This document shows, piece after piece, positions 46,901-56,114 of a stretch of DNA of 64,000 bases (within the stretch, counting starts at the first letter, position 1; each line of letters starts with the position of its first letter). Position numbers and translations under genes: made by a program. The stretch is from Leptonemataceae bacterium (GTDB lineage Bacteria; Spirochaetota; Leptospiria; Leptospirales; Leptonemataceae): positions 576,001 to 640,000 of the forward strand of contig OZ245742.1 in the NCBI GenBank assembly GCA_965227295.1, written 5' to 3'. The notes under the pieces were generated by a model. The model had not been told where the DNA came from and did not search any database. It was given only the letters and a program-made list of their open reading frames with translations.

Positions 46901-47567
46901 TACGATGAACCTCCACGCGATACAGGCGATTCTCCGCACCGGAGTAACCGCCGCTTGCACCGATGATACACGGATCTCCGGTACTACCGTCCGCCCGGGT
47001 TTGCGCCGTCAGCCGTCCGGAGCGACGATCCCGCAGTTGTTCCCATTCCGCCGGACTGCTGCGAGCATCGTACTGGCCGGCGGTTAGTAACAGTAACTTA
47101 ATCTGCGATATAGTTTGCGAACGCGTGGAAGTATCGAGGCCGTTCAGCGCTATGTCGCGCATGGACGGCTCTTCGACGACGCTGAGCGAACGCGACCACA
47201 CATCCAGGTATGCAAGATAGGGCCCATCGATTCGGGGAAGTTCGGCCACCGGCTGGAACTCCTGCTCCGTGATGAAACTTTCCGCGAAATTCTCCACCAG
47301 GACTCCGTCGACATAGAACCGGCCGGCCGAAACGGAAAGATCGACCTGCCCGTAGCCGTTCGTCACCGGACTGACGGCGAAGCCCGGCGCGGCCGCCGGA
47401 GCACCGACCGCACCGATCGTGTCCACGAGACCGCGATTTCTTAAGTGTGATTGAATATCAGCTTGTTCGTTCCAGTCAGAATCACTGAGCACGCGGCCCT
47501 GCTGTAGACGCACGGCCGTGTACTGTCTGGAAGTTCGGTAGGAGTCCCGGGAAATGTCGCCGTTCAT
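43911..47567 (-). CDS. DUF6519-type tail-fibre-like protein with Ig-like, DUF2341, LamG and collar domains (frameshifted near the 3' end)
   Basis: QQGRVLSDSDWNEQ, GGYSGAENRLYRVEVH, FKWSRQNA, GDYWLIPART; YMYYGNP (DUF2341); ALSFDGIDDHV (LamG); GNVGIGT; PDGWAECNG. Confidence 0.8.
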   Translation of the reverse strand: MNGDISRDSYRTSRQYTAVRLQQGRVLSDSDWNEQADIQSHLRNRGLVDTIGAVGAPAAAPGFAVSPVTNGYGQVDLSVSAGRFYVDGVLVENFAESFITEQEFQPVAELPRIDGPYLAYLDVWSRSLSVVEEPSMRDIALNGLDTSTRSQTISQIKLLLLTAGQYDARSSPAEWEQLRDRRSGRLTAQTRADGSTGDPCIIGASGGYSGAENRLYRVEVHRSGPAGVATFKWSRQNAAFVTRWVAQDGDAVTVSSSGRDASLSYRAGQWIELIDEGMELEGRPGTLARIASVQDRVLVLDPNSYEHFDSNITSLTINDFSRGVRRVRPWDLHGPAGAVLIPSDGNAFELEDGLELRFENDPSREFRAGDYWLIPARTVSRNIEWEHDEVSGLPVAVESDGIVHRYARLAFLERTAGGWSVTADARHIFPALGEAVLEYAGGDGQGAMPAGRLAEQLRVRVAAGRHGVPAARVRFTVTSGGGNLEDASNTANTGSSVDVVADAEGYAACIWQNGADLNFTQTAEARLLDDDGNDLGDTVRFSAHRSDAVATDYAAVSGGDLEGEANVQGALDALAAGKVNRSGDIIDGNLEVTGDFIVRGDVIAKDAEHVEGDVNLGNEDGDTLTIAGNVRSGNSSGVVEFADGVRVRSDDIGDVPLRVDAQVQGVAGRAYRVPVNIDNSSHTSPLADYQIILTLDTTTLIAAGKLRSDGGDLLFLDSDESTALPHWIEGGLNTASTRIWLRVPVVAASGSRVVYMYYGNPAAESQSSAAATFVDVHADVIGAYTMKADTGTTLVDLSGTGSDGSINNGASRVAGLFGQALSFDGIDDHVLLPAAASPASVNDFTLSIWARFQSLSASPVLFDMRGLDQSGPALMMRNVAGEIRAAYFLGYSDGQSTEYATPVTSPVGNWAHFVFVRDGALLRAYINGVRLADTFTPASVTPRAESFSMNVQRTLGANSTAGDDFFHGLLEEARVYGTALDDAQVRALYANYGYVTVDRPGFEYVRRFAVTAPNVVPGVEETLPVSERTIIYVQNGSGNVGIGTSSPDEAFTVNGVIHTTAGGIKFPDGTVQTTAGGGSSLISGGANLPLGTIIAWHKNYDGSVPALPDGWAECNGQVCDDEDSPFFGKTLPNLNNPLNAWNAGGSFLRGSTSSGDVQGDEFQGHIHNVYKHAGTHFDPAYPITVSGAHAGSARPQQSQRILEHCRRVFAGWYVVGCV

Positions 47568-47659
47568 ACGACATACGTACTGCCGATGACCGATTCCGCA
47601 AACGTTTGACGGCTTACAACCGACTTTTCTGCGCTCCAGATTGCGGATTTGTCAGAGTC

Positions 47660-50173
47660 TTACCCTGACTCCCAGAAACCCTGCACCTGCTTCAATAATT
47701 GCTTGCGGCTTTCCGCCGATTGCATCTCATCCCGCCACATGCGCGGCATCTTTTCGACGTAACGCTCTTCCCGAAAGCGACGACCGAGCAAAATCACAAA
47801 ACCTCGATCACTTTCACTGCGAATCACACGACCGGCGGCCTGCACGGAACGCTGCATCCCCGGGAAGGTAAACGCAAAATCAAAACCGTCCCGGCCCTGA
47901 TTGTCGTAGTGTTCGCGAATCAACTGTCGTTCCACGTCGAACAACGGCAGGCCGGGACCCACCACGAAGGCCCCCGCGGCCATGTGCGCGGGAAAGTCGA
48001 CACCCTCGGCGAAGACGCCGCCGTGCACGGCAAACAGTAAGATCGTCTGAGCAGAAGTTAATCCGCCCGCACCGGTTTTCGCAGGATCGTTCGAGCGGAG
48101 CAGTTGCAGTACCATCTCGGCGGGCATGGCCGGGCTTTGCAAAATCAAACGGTAATCGCCGGCCGGAAGATGGGCGACAACCTCGTCCCGAAAAGCGAAC
48201 GAAGAAAAAAACGCGAGATAGTTTCCGGGACGCAGGGCCGCGATAGCGACGATGGTCTCCGCGATCTCCGGCGCGGACTCGCTGCGATGTTTGTAGACCG
48301 TGTCCACGTACGTCGCCGTAACAATGAGGCGATTCTCTTTCGGGAACGGCGACGGCAGTTCGAGGCGCAGCGCGTCCGGCAGACCGAGGCCGTGCGCGAA
48401 GAAATCGAACGGGGCCAGGGTGGCGCTCATGCACGTGGCGGCCAGGAAGCCGCCCATGCGCTCTCGCAAAAAAGGAGAAGCGTCCAGGCAAATCATCTCC
48501 AGCCGCGCCTCGGGTTGCCGGCGCCAGACCACGGCGAAGTACTCCGGATCCCGGCCCATGTTCCTGGAAAAATCGCGCAGCGCGAACAACGTCTCAAGCA
48601 AAGCATCACGATAACGCTTGCCTTCGAGATACCGAAAGCCGCCCGGCCCCTCAAGGCCGCCGCGATGTCCTTCGACGGCCAGATAACCGTAGTACTCAAA
48701 GAGCAAGCGCTCCACGTCGTTGCCCACGCGCTCAAAGAAGTCGGCGTCCGGACGCTCTACATAAAACGGCGACTCGTCCTGTTCTTCTTCGAAGACCAGC
48801 AATCGTTCGTAGAACTCGCTGCGGATTTCGCGCAACAAATCCGCGCAGCGCGCGAATACCGAATGCTCCGCGGGCGTGGAACCGAGGACGACGCGCCCTG
48901 CTTCTTCACAACGGGGAATCAAATCATCGTACTGTTGAATCTCCAGTACCGGCGAGTAGTAACCGCGCGCCCGCTCGGGAAGATTGTGCGCCTCATCCAC
49001 GATCAAAAAATCGGAGCCGCCGCTCGTCCCGCCGAAGAATCGCCGCAGGTGCACGCGCGGATCGAAGACGTAGTTGAAGTCCGCAATGATCACGCTGCTT
49101 TTCGAAGCCACGGCCAGCGAAAGTTCGAACGGGCACAGCTCCGTTTCGAGGGCCGCTGCCGTGATGCTGTCCGCGTCGGCCACCCCGCCCTCGGTTTCCA
49201 GCAAACGATCCACCACCCCGCTCGACTCTAACTTATCCTGAAAGTTTGTTAAATACGGACACAGACCCTGCACGCAGCGCATGATTTCCTGGGGACAGGA
49301 ACGTTCTTTGGCGCGCAGTTGCATGCCGACGCCGGTTTGCCCGCCGTCGTCGGTATTCCAGAACGAGCGCAACGTACTCACGGCGAGGTCCTGCTGAGAA
49401 ATCCGGGACGTTACGAAAAACAAGCGGCTGTTGTTTTGCAGCGCCGCACGACTCAGCGGGAATAACGCCGCCGCGGTTTTGCCGACACCGGTGGGCGCCT
49501 GGCACAGCATGTCCAATCCGTCCGCGGCCGCGCTCGCGAGGTCCCGCATCATCACGTCCTGGGATGCTCGCGTACGTTCGAAGGGAAAACGCAGCGACTC
49601 CGCGGCCCGCAATCGACTCTGCCGCAGACGCTCCTGTTCTTCGAGCCGGCGCACCGCCGCACGAATCCGCGCATCCAGCAAACGTTCAAAGTCGTCGCGA
49701 CGGTACGCGACTTCGCGGACGACACGCTCGCCGGTCACCAGGGAGACGTAGACCACGCGACCGCTCGCGACGCTGCCCGGTTCCTCGCGATCCAACAACA
49801 AACAATAGAGGCCGCACTGTTCTTCGTGAGAACGTTCCAGTTCGATGTTTTGCAGGGCCTCACCGGAAAGCGGCGTGCTCTTAACCTCTTCCACGGTGAC
49901 CGCGCTTTCGCTTTCGATCATGCCGTCCAGGCGACCCCGCACGATTATGTGATAACGATCTTCCCAGTCGAAACGATGCGACAACCACACCTCGGTGCGA
50001 TACGCCGTACCGAGTTCCGCAATTCGTTCGCGAAAATAATCGCGATGGGCACGATGTCCTTCCCGGGCCCGCTCCAGCACACTGAGCGACCAGTCGTCGC
50101 GCGGTTGCCTCTCGGGCGTTTCGATCAACTCACGAACGTAAAAACGCAGTTCCGGAAAGTCGGCCGCGGCCAT
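47660..50173 (-). CDS. DinG/Rad3-like Fe-S DNA helicase with N-terminal PD-(D/E)XK nuclease domain
   Basis: Start trimmed to MAAADF; GRLDG...EEVKS, APTGVGKT, four Fe-S Cys, VDEAHNL, MSATL, QAAGRVIRSESDRG. Confidence 0.9.
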   Translation of the reverse strand: MAAADFPELRFYVRELIETPERQPRDDWSLSVLERAREGHRAHRDYFRERIAELGTAYRTEVWLSHRFDWEDRYHIIVRGRLDGMIESESAVTVEEVKSTPLSGEALQNIELERSHEEQCGLYCLLLDREEPGSVASGRVVYVSLVTGERVVREVAYRRDDFERLLDARIRAAVRRLEEQERLRQSRLRAAESLRFPFERTRASQDVMMRDLASAAADGLDMLCQAPTGVGKTAAALFPLSRAALQNNSRLFFVTSRISQQDLAVSTLRSFWNTDDGGQTGVGMQLRAKERSCPQEIMRCVQGLCPYLTNFQDKLESSGVVDRLLETEGGVADADSITAAALETELCPFELSLAVASKSSVIIADFNYVFDPRVHLRRFFGGTSGGSDFLIVDEAHNLPERARGYYSPVLEIQQYDDLIPRCEEAGRVVLGSTPAEHSVFARCADLLREIRSEFYERLLVFEEEQDESPFYVERPDADFFERVGNDVERLLFEYYGYLAVEGHRGGLEGPGGFRYLEGKRYRDALLETLFALRDFSRNMGRDPEYFAVVWRRQPEARLEMICLDASPFLRERMGGFLAATCMSATLAPFDFFAHGLGLPDALRLELPSPFPKENRLIVTATYVDTVYKHRSESAPEIAETIVAIAALRPGNYLAFFSSFAFRDEVVAHLPAGDYRLILQSPAMPAEMVLQLLRSNDPAKTGAGGLTSAQTILLFAVHGGVFAEGVDFPAHMAAGAFVVGPGLPLFDVERQLIREHYDNQGRDGFDFAFTFPGMQRSVQAAGRVIRSESDRGFVILLGRRFREERYVEKMPRMWRDEMQSAESRKQLLKQVQGFWESG

Positions 50174-50257
50174 GCACAGACAGATCGCCCGATCCTCCGG
50201 GCACGTCGATTGTAAAAAAGCGTTTGCCGACCGTGCGGCGCGAAGCTGTCCTGAGTC

Positions 50258-50965
50258 ATGTTCGATACGAACGAAGCCGTGGAATCGCTGCGCATGTTCT
50301 TGCTCTACAACGGCGATCGACTCCTCGCGGAAAGCCTGCGTCACATTCTGATCGTTGCGTACAGTCTGCCCTTTGCCGTCCTGTGCGGCGCCGGCCTCGG
50401 CATGCTGGCCGCGGGGCGCCCCTGGTTCGCGCGTGTGCTACTGACCGCGGCCGGCATCATCATGACCATACCGGGACTGGCGCTCTTCGGATTCATGGTG
50501 GTGCTGCTCGCTCCCCTGGGGCTCGGCCTCGGCCCCGCGCCGGCGGTGGGCGCCATTACCCTGTATGCACTGCTGCCCATCTCCCGGAACACCATCACCG
50601 CGCTGAACTCCGTGGATCCCGGCATGATTCGTGCGGCCCGGGGCCTCGGCCTCTCCAAACGACAAATTTTACTTCAGGTAAAGTTACCGCTCTCCCTGCC
50701 TGTGATCATGGCGGGGATCCGCAACGCCCTGGTCCTGGGCGTCGGCGTGGCCGTGTTCGCTTTTCTCGTGGCCGGCGGCGGCCTGGGTTACTTCGTTTTC
50801 GTCGGGGTGAGCCGTTCGCACGTTCTCATGACGGCCTCCGGGGCGACCCTGGTCTCACTGCTGGGCATTCTACTAAACTACGCTCTTCTAAAGTTAGAGG
50901 ACGTCCTTACACCGCGAGGACTGAAGATCGCCGCGGCCCGCAACGGAGGGCGTCCCCTTGATTGA
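50258..50965 (+). CDS. Osmoprotectant (glycine betaine/choline) ABC permease
   Basis: TIPGLALFG, LYALLPI, AARGLG, GGGGLG; OpuBB/CB-like. Confidence 0.9.
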   Translation: MFDTNEAVESLRMFLLYNGDRLLAESLRHILIVAYSLPFAVLCGAGLGMLAAGRPWFARVLLTAAGIIMTIPGLALFGFMVVLLAPLGLGLGPAPAVGAITLYALLPISRNTITALNSVDPGMIRAARGLGLSKRQILLQVKLPLSLPVIMAGIRNALVLGVGVAVFAFLVAGGGLGYFVFVGVSRSHVLMTASGATLVSLLGILLNYALLKLEDVLTPRGLKIAAARNGGRPLD

Positions 50966-51740
50966 GCTGCGTGACGTTCGCAAAGTTTTTCCCGCAAGCC
51001 GCAAGGGCGGCGAGCCCGCAACGGCCCTGGACGACGTGTCTCTGACCTTTGCGCCCGGCCGCATCCACGTACTCATCGGCCCGTCCGGCTGCGGCAAAAC
51101 CACGCTCCTGAAAAGCATCAATCGCCTCACGGAACCGGACGCGGGCACGATTCATATCGACGACATCAACGCCTTAGAGTACGATCCAGTAAAGTTACGC
51201 CGCAGCATCGGCTACGTCATCCAGGAGGTCGGCCTCTTTCCGCACTACGACGTCTTCGCGAACATTGCCGTGGTCCCGCGCCTGCTGGACTGGACGGAAG
51301 ATCGCATTCGGGAACGCGTCCGCGAATTGTTGGACCTCATGAACCTCGACGCCTCATCTTACGCGCACAAGTACCCGGCGCAGCTCTCCGGCGGAGAAAG
51401 CCAGCGCGTCGGCCTCGCCCGCGCCCTCGCCGCCGATCCGAAGATTCTCCTGATGGACGAGGCCTTCGCCGCCATCGATCCCATCAATCGCCTGGCGTTA
51501 CACGAAGCCTTTCTCGATATTCAGCGCAAGCTGCAAAAGACCATCGTCATGGTGAGTCATGACATGGGCGAGGCCTTTCGCCTGGGAGATCGCATCGCGG
51601 TAATGAATGCAGGACGCGTGGTGCAATTCGCCGAACCGCGGGAGTTGCTCGACGCACCGGTGAACGACTTCGTCGCCGAACTGTTGCGCGGCGACCTGGA
51701 TTTGCGCGGCATCCTCGCGAGAAAAGAGGGACCGCGCTGA
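50958..51740 (+). CDS. Osmoprotectant ABC ATPase (no CBS domains)
   Basis: GPSGCGKTT, LRRSIGYVIQEVGLFPH, LSGGESQRVG. Confidence 0.92.
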   Translation: MIELRDVRKVFPASRKGGEPATALDDVSLTFAPGRIHVLIGPSGCGKTTLLKSINRLTEPDAGTIHIDDINALEYDPVKLRRSIGYVIQEVGLFPHYDVFANIAVVPRLLDWTEDRIRERVRELLDLMNLDASSYAHKYPAQLSGGESQRVGLARALAADPKILLMDEAFAAIDPINRLALHEAFLDIQRKLQKTIVMVSHDMGEAFRLGDRIAVMNAGRVVQFAEPRELLDAPVNDFVAELLRGDLDLRGILARKEGPR

Positions 51741-51741
51741 C

Positions 51742-52407
51742 ATGTTCGAACTCTTCGGATACCTCTTCGAAAATCCCGGCCGCGTGCTCTATCTTACAAT
51801 GGAGCACATCTTTTTGTTCGGAGTGAGCACCGGTATAGCGTGTATGATCGGACTGACCGGCGGCATCGCCGCGTCGCTCCCGGGCCGCGAACGTACCGGA
51901 CGCTGGATCCTCACGCTGTCCGGCGCCGCCCAGGCCGTACCGTCCATCGCCGTCATTGCCCTGATCTACCTGGGCACCGGCGACGGTGCCTTGCCCGCCT
52001 TGATCGCGCTCGTACTGTACAGCCTGGTGCCCGTTCTGTTCAACACGGTCTCCGGCGTACTGAGCGTGCCGCCGGATCTGGTCTACGCCGGGCGTTCTTT
52101 AGGTTACACGGATCGGCAGTTAATGTTTCGCGTGCAGTTGCCGACGGCCGCGCCGGTCATCATGGCCGGGGTGCGCAATGCCGCGGTGATCAACGTGGGC
52201 GCGGCCACCGTGGCCTCGTTCATCGGCGGCGGCGGCCTGGGCGATCTCATCTTCATGGGCATCAAACTCTACCGGCCGGACATGATTTTCGCGGGGGCAT
52301 TACTGTGCGCCCTGCTCGCCTTTATCGCGGACGCCCTCTTAGCTTTACTGGAACGCATGTTAACACCGCGGGGGCTGCGCCTGACTGCCGGAGAACGCGG
52401 CGCATGA
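51742..52407 (+). CDS. Osmoprotectant ABC permease
   Basis: QAVPSIA, IMAGVRNA, IGGGGLGDLIF. Confidence 0.9.
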   Translation: MFELFGYLFENPGRVLYLTMEHIFLFGVSTGIACMIGLTGGIAASLPGRERTGRWILTLSGAAQAVPSIAVIALIYLGTGDGALPALIALVLYSLVPVLFNTVSGVLSVPPDLVYAGRSLGYTDRQLMFRVQLPTAAPVIMAGVRNAAVINVGAATVASFIGGGGLGDLIFMGIKLYRPDMIFAGALLCALLAFIADALLALLERMLTPRGLRLTAGERGA

Positions 52408-53291
52408 AGTCCCGCCGGGTCATACTCATCGCAATACTCTGCCTGGCGGCCGGCTGTGCCCGGGGCGAACGCGAGATCATCGTCGGCTCGAAACTGCATA
52501 CCGAAGCGCTGATCCACGCCGAAATGACCAGCCGGTTGCTGGAACGACACGGCTTCGACACCACGGAACGCCTGGGCATGGGCAGCATGATTGCACGCCA
52601 GGGTTTGCTCACCGGCCAGCTCGACCTCTACGGAGAGTACACCGGCACGGCCTGGACTTTGTATCACGCCGAGGATCGCACGATCGACGATCCGCGGGAA
52701 CTTTACCGGCGCGTGGCCGAACGCGACGAGCGCGAACACGGCATCGTATGGTTGGGTCGCAGCAACGTGGACAACACCTACGCCCTGGCCGTACAGGAAG
52801 CCTCCGCGCAACATTACGGACGTACGCTTTCGGATCTCGCCGCTTACGTACGCGCGCATCCGGGCGAACTACGTTTCGGTGTCGCCCACGAATTCTATGA
52901 GCGCCCGGACGGTTTCCAGGCCATGATCGAACACTACGACATGCCCGTGGACGAAAGTCGCATCGTTACAATGGACATCGGTCTCTCGTTCGAATCCCTG
53001 GCTCGCGGCCAGATCGACGTGGCCATGGTATTCTCGACGGACGGCAAACTCATTCGCTACAATCTCCTGGTTCTCGAAGACGATCGTCGCTTCTTTCCCG
53101 TCTACAACCTGGCGATTAACATTCGGCGGCCGCTTCTTAAGAAATTTCCCGAACTGGAAACGATCCTGCGACCGCTGGCCACCGAACTCGACAACGCCAC
53201 GATGCAGCGACTCAACTACGCCGTCGACGGCGAGGGCAAACCCGAGGGCCTCGTGGCGGAGGAGTTTTTACGCGAGCGCGGACTACTATGA
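52404..53291 (+). CDS. Osmoprotectant ABC substrate-binding lipoprotein
   Basis: Start trimmed to MKSRR; LAAGC lipobox; VGSKLHTE, EYTGT, NTYALAV, LEDDRRFFPVY. Confidence 0.92.
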   Translation: MKSRRVILIAILCLAAGCARGEREIIVGSKLHTEALIHAEMTSRLLERHGFDTTERLGMGSMIARQGLLTGQLDLYGEYTGTAWTLYHAEDRTIDDPRELYRRVAERDEREHGIVWLGRSNVDNTYALAVQEASAQHYGRTLSDLAAYVRAHPGELRFGVAHEFYERPDGFQAMIEHYDMPVDESRIVTMDIGLSFESLARGQIDVAMVFSTDGKLIRYNLLVLEDDRRFFPVYNLAINIRRPLLKKFPELETILRPLATELDNATMQRLNYAVDGEGKPEGLVAEEFLRERGLL

Positions 53292-53438
53292 TCAAGAGAG
53301 CCTGCCACGGCAGCGGCTCTTGGTCCCGAAGGAATCGCCGCTCGGCCCGCCGTCCGGCAACGTCGCCGCCCGGATCGGGCGTTCCAGGTTCATGGGCGTT
53401 CCTTGACGTACATCAGGGAACTACCGCACCATGGTCGA

Positions 53439-54242
53439 ATGTCCAGCTACTTCTCCGGTAAGAACTTCCTGGTCACGGGGGCGAGCGGCGGCATCGGCCG
53501 TTCCATTGCCGAAGCCCTCCTCGACCAGGGCGCGAGCGTCGCGGTCATGGCCCGGCGCAAAGAAAAACTCGAGGAGCTCCGCAGCGCCCGGGACACCGCC
53601 TTGCAAAGCCGCGTCCTCGTAACACCGGGCGACGTTTCCAGCGAAAGCGACTGCAATCGCGTGGTCGACGCGGCCGCGAAAACGTTCGGAAGTTTGCACG
53701 GCATCATTCACAACGCCGGCATCTCTCAGCGTTCGCTGGCCGCCGAAACGGACGCGAAGGTCTTTCGCGAAATCATCGACGTCGATTATCTCTCCGCCGT
53801 CTACCTCTACCGCGCCGCCTTTCCCGCGCTGCGTTCCACACGCGGTCACTTCGTGGGCATCTCTTCGATGCAGGGATTGTACTCCACACAGTACCGCTCC
53901 GGCTACGCGGCCGCCAAACACGCCCTCCAGGGATTCCTCGACAGCATTCGCCTGGAAGAGCATGAGTTCGGCGTGCACGTGATGAGCGTGAGCCCGGGCT
54001 TCGTGCAGACGGACATCTCGCTGAACGCGCGGGCGGCCGACGGCAGTTCTCACGGTCAAATGGATGATCGTATTGCCAACGGCCTGCCTCCCGAAGAAGT
54101 CGCTCGCCAGGTACTCGCCGGCATTGCCGCACGCAAACGCGACGTCTTTCCCTCGGGACGCCTGGAAAAGATCGCGCTCTTTTTGAGCAAGTGGTGGCCG
54201 TCGCGCCTGGATAAAATGCTTCTCAAAGCAAGAGTTACATGA
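53439..54242 (+). CDS. Short-chain dehydrogenase/reductase
   Basis: TGASGGIG, HNAG, YAAAK, SPGFVQT. Confidence 0.92.
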   Translation: MSSYFSGKNFLVTGASGGIGRSIAEALLDQGASVAVMARRKEKLEELRSARDTALQSRVLVTPGDVSSESDCNRVVDAAAKTFGSLHGIIHNAGISQRSLAAETDAKVFREIIDVDYLSAVYLYRAAFPALRSTRGHFVGISSMQGLYSTQYRSGYAAAKHALQGFLDSIRLEEHEFGVHVMSVSPGFVQTDISLNARAADGSSHGQMDDRIANGLPPEEVARQVLAGIAARKRDVFPSGRLEKIALFLSKWWPSRLDKMLLKARVT

Positions 54243-56110
54243 ACGAACTCACAATCCGCTCTCTCATCCTGGGCATTCTGCTCGCCATTGTTCTGGGCGC
54301 CGCGAATACCTATCTCGGTCTCTACGCCGGCATGACCGTCTCCGCCTCGATCCCGGCGGCGGTCATATCCATGGCCATTCTGCGCGGCCTCTTTCGCTCG
54401 GGGACCATCCGCGAAAACAACATCGTGCAGTCCGTAGCTTCCGCCGGGGAATCCTTAGCGGCCGGCGTCATCTTCACGGTGCCGGCGCTTTTGCTTGTCG
54501 GCGCCTGGCACGAATTCGAGTTCTGGCCCACGACGATGATTGCTCTGTTCGGCGGCGGCCTCGGCGTCATCTTCATGATTCCCCTGCGTCGCGCCTTAAT
54601 CGTCGAACGCAAAGACTTAATCTATCCCGAGGGCGTGGCCTGCGCCGAGGTTCTTCAAGCGGGCGAAGAGGGCGGCTCCGGCATTCGAGCCATCATGGCC
54701 GGCGCCGGCACGGGGGCCGTGCTTAAGATACTTTCAGCGTGGGTTATGATGATTCGCGGCACCGTCGAGGGCGCCTTCGCCTTCGCCGGCAGTCGCGTGG
54801 CCTACTTCGGACTGGACGTCTCCGCGGCCCTCGCGGGCGTCGGCTACATCGTAAAGTTCAACATTGCCGTACTGATCTTTCTCGGCGGCGCCATCGCCTG
54901 GCTGTTGTTTCTACCGATCAGCGGAATCTACGACGCCGGCGGCGCCGTCGCGCCCATCGACTACGCCTGGAGTTTCTGGAACGCGAAGATTCGTTACGTC
55001 GGTGTCGGTGCAATGTTGATCGGGGCGATCGAATCACTCTGGGCCGTGCGCAAGGGCGTGGCCGGCAGCCTGATGAACATCGGCGCGTCACTCAAGAACG
55101 ACGACGAGAATCGCACGGATCGCGACATCGCGCTCTGGCACCTGGGCGTGTTGCTGCTCGCGGCGTTCTTCGGCACGGTGTATTTGTACGATTTTATTTT
55201 GAACGAAACCGGCCACGACATCCCCGCCTCCGCGCCCTGGATTGTGGCCGTTGTGATGATCCTCGCCGCGTTTTTGTTTGTCGCCTTAGCTTCGTACATT
55301 GTAGGCTTAGTCGGATCGTCCAACTCGCCGGTGTCCGGCATGACCATCTGCGCGCTGTTGTTGACGTCCGGCGTCGTCCTCGCGCTGGGTCTGCAAAGCG
55401 AGGACTCGGCTCTCGCGATCCTCGGTGTGGCGGGCGTCGTTTGCTGCGCGACCTGTACCAGCGGAGACATCTCCCAGGATCTCAAGACCGGTTATCTGGT
55501 GCGGGCCACGCCGTACAAACAACAGTGGGCCGAACTCGCGGGCGTCGTGGCCGCCGCGCCGATCTTCGCCTACGTGCTCACATTGCTCAACGACGCCTAC
55601 GGCATCGGCACCGGCGAACCGGGCGCGCTCAAGGCGCCCCAGGCCGCGCTCTTCGCGGGCATCACGCGCGCGCTGGTCGGCGAAGGCGAGTTGCCGTACG
55701 ACATGGTGGCCGCCGGCGCGCTCATCGGCGTGGCGTTTCTCGCGATCAATCCGTTCTTAAAACGCACGGGCACGGACTTTCGGTTTCACATCATGCCCAT
55801 CGCCGTGGGCATCTACTTACCGCTGTCGCTCAGCGTTGCGATCTTAATCGGCGGTGTGTTGCGGTTAGTGGTCGATCGAATGCGCGCACGGGAAGGCGAC
55901 GGCGAAGTCAGCGAAGGCCGAGACGGCGGCGTGCTGTTCGCGTCGGGACTGATTGCCGGAGAATCGCTCGCGGGCATTGCGATAGCGATTCTGATCGCGC
56001 AATCCCTGGCCGGCGCGCCGGAGTTCTTGCAATGGAAGAGTAATTTGCTCGGGATCGCGGTTTTCGGCGGCGTGTTGTGGTTGTTTTATCGGTATGCGCG
56101 GGGGCGGTGA
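54239..56110 (+). CDS. OPT-family oligopeptide transporter
   Basis: ELTIRSLILG, SASIPAAVIS, YPEGVAC, SNSPVSG, QDLKTG, APQA. Confidence 0.93.
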   Translation: MNELTIRSLILGILLAIVLGAANTYLGLYAGMTVSASIPAAVISMAILRGLFRSGTIRENNIVQSVASAGESLAAGVIFTVPALLLVGAWHEFEFWPTTMIALFGGGLGVIFMIPLRRALIVERKDLIYPEGVACAEVLQAGEEGGSGIRAIMAGAGTGAVLKILSAWVMMIRGTVEGAFAFAGSRVAYFGLDVSAALAGVGYIVKFNIAVLIFLGGAIAWLLFLPISGIYDAGGAVAPIDYAWSFWNAKIRYVGVGAMLIGAIESLWAVRKGVAGSLMNIGASLKNDDENRTDRDIALWHLGVLLLAAFFGTVYLYDFILNETGHDIPASAPWIVAVVMILAAFLFVALASYIVGLVGSSNSPVSGMTICALLLTSGVVLALGLQSEDSALAILGVAGVVCCATCTSGDISQDLKTGYLVRATPYKQQWAELAGVVAAAPIFAYVLTLLNDAYGIGTGEPGALKAPQAALFAGITRALVGEGELPYDMVAAGALIGVAFLAINPFLKRTGTDFRFHIMPIAVGIYLPLSLSVAILIGGVLRLVVDRMRAREGDGEVSEGRDGGVLFASGLIAGESLAGIAIAILIAQSLAGAPEFLQWKSNLLGIAVFGGVLWLFYRYARGR

Positions 56111-56114
56111 GGGA

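Noticed and set aside
42743-50173. Prophage
   Set aside because: No capsid, terminase, portal, integrase or lysis genes; the flanks are ordinary host genes
47660-50173. Type IV CRISPR CasDinG or Cas4
   Set aside because: No CRISPR array or other cas genes seen; fits the stand-alone nuclease-DinG family
53288-53340. SAM-I riboswitch-like start ATCAAGAGAG
   Set aside because: The following GAGGGA..GGCCC, GCAACC and GTGC core elements are absent
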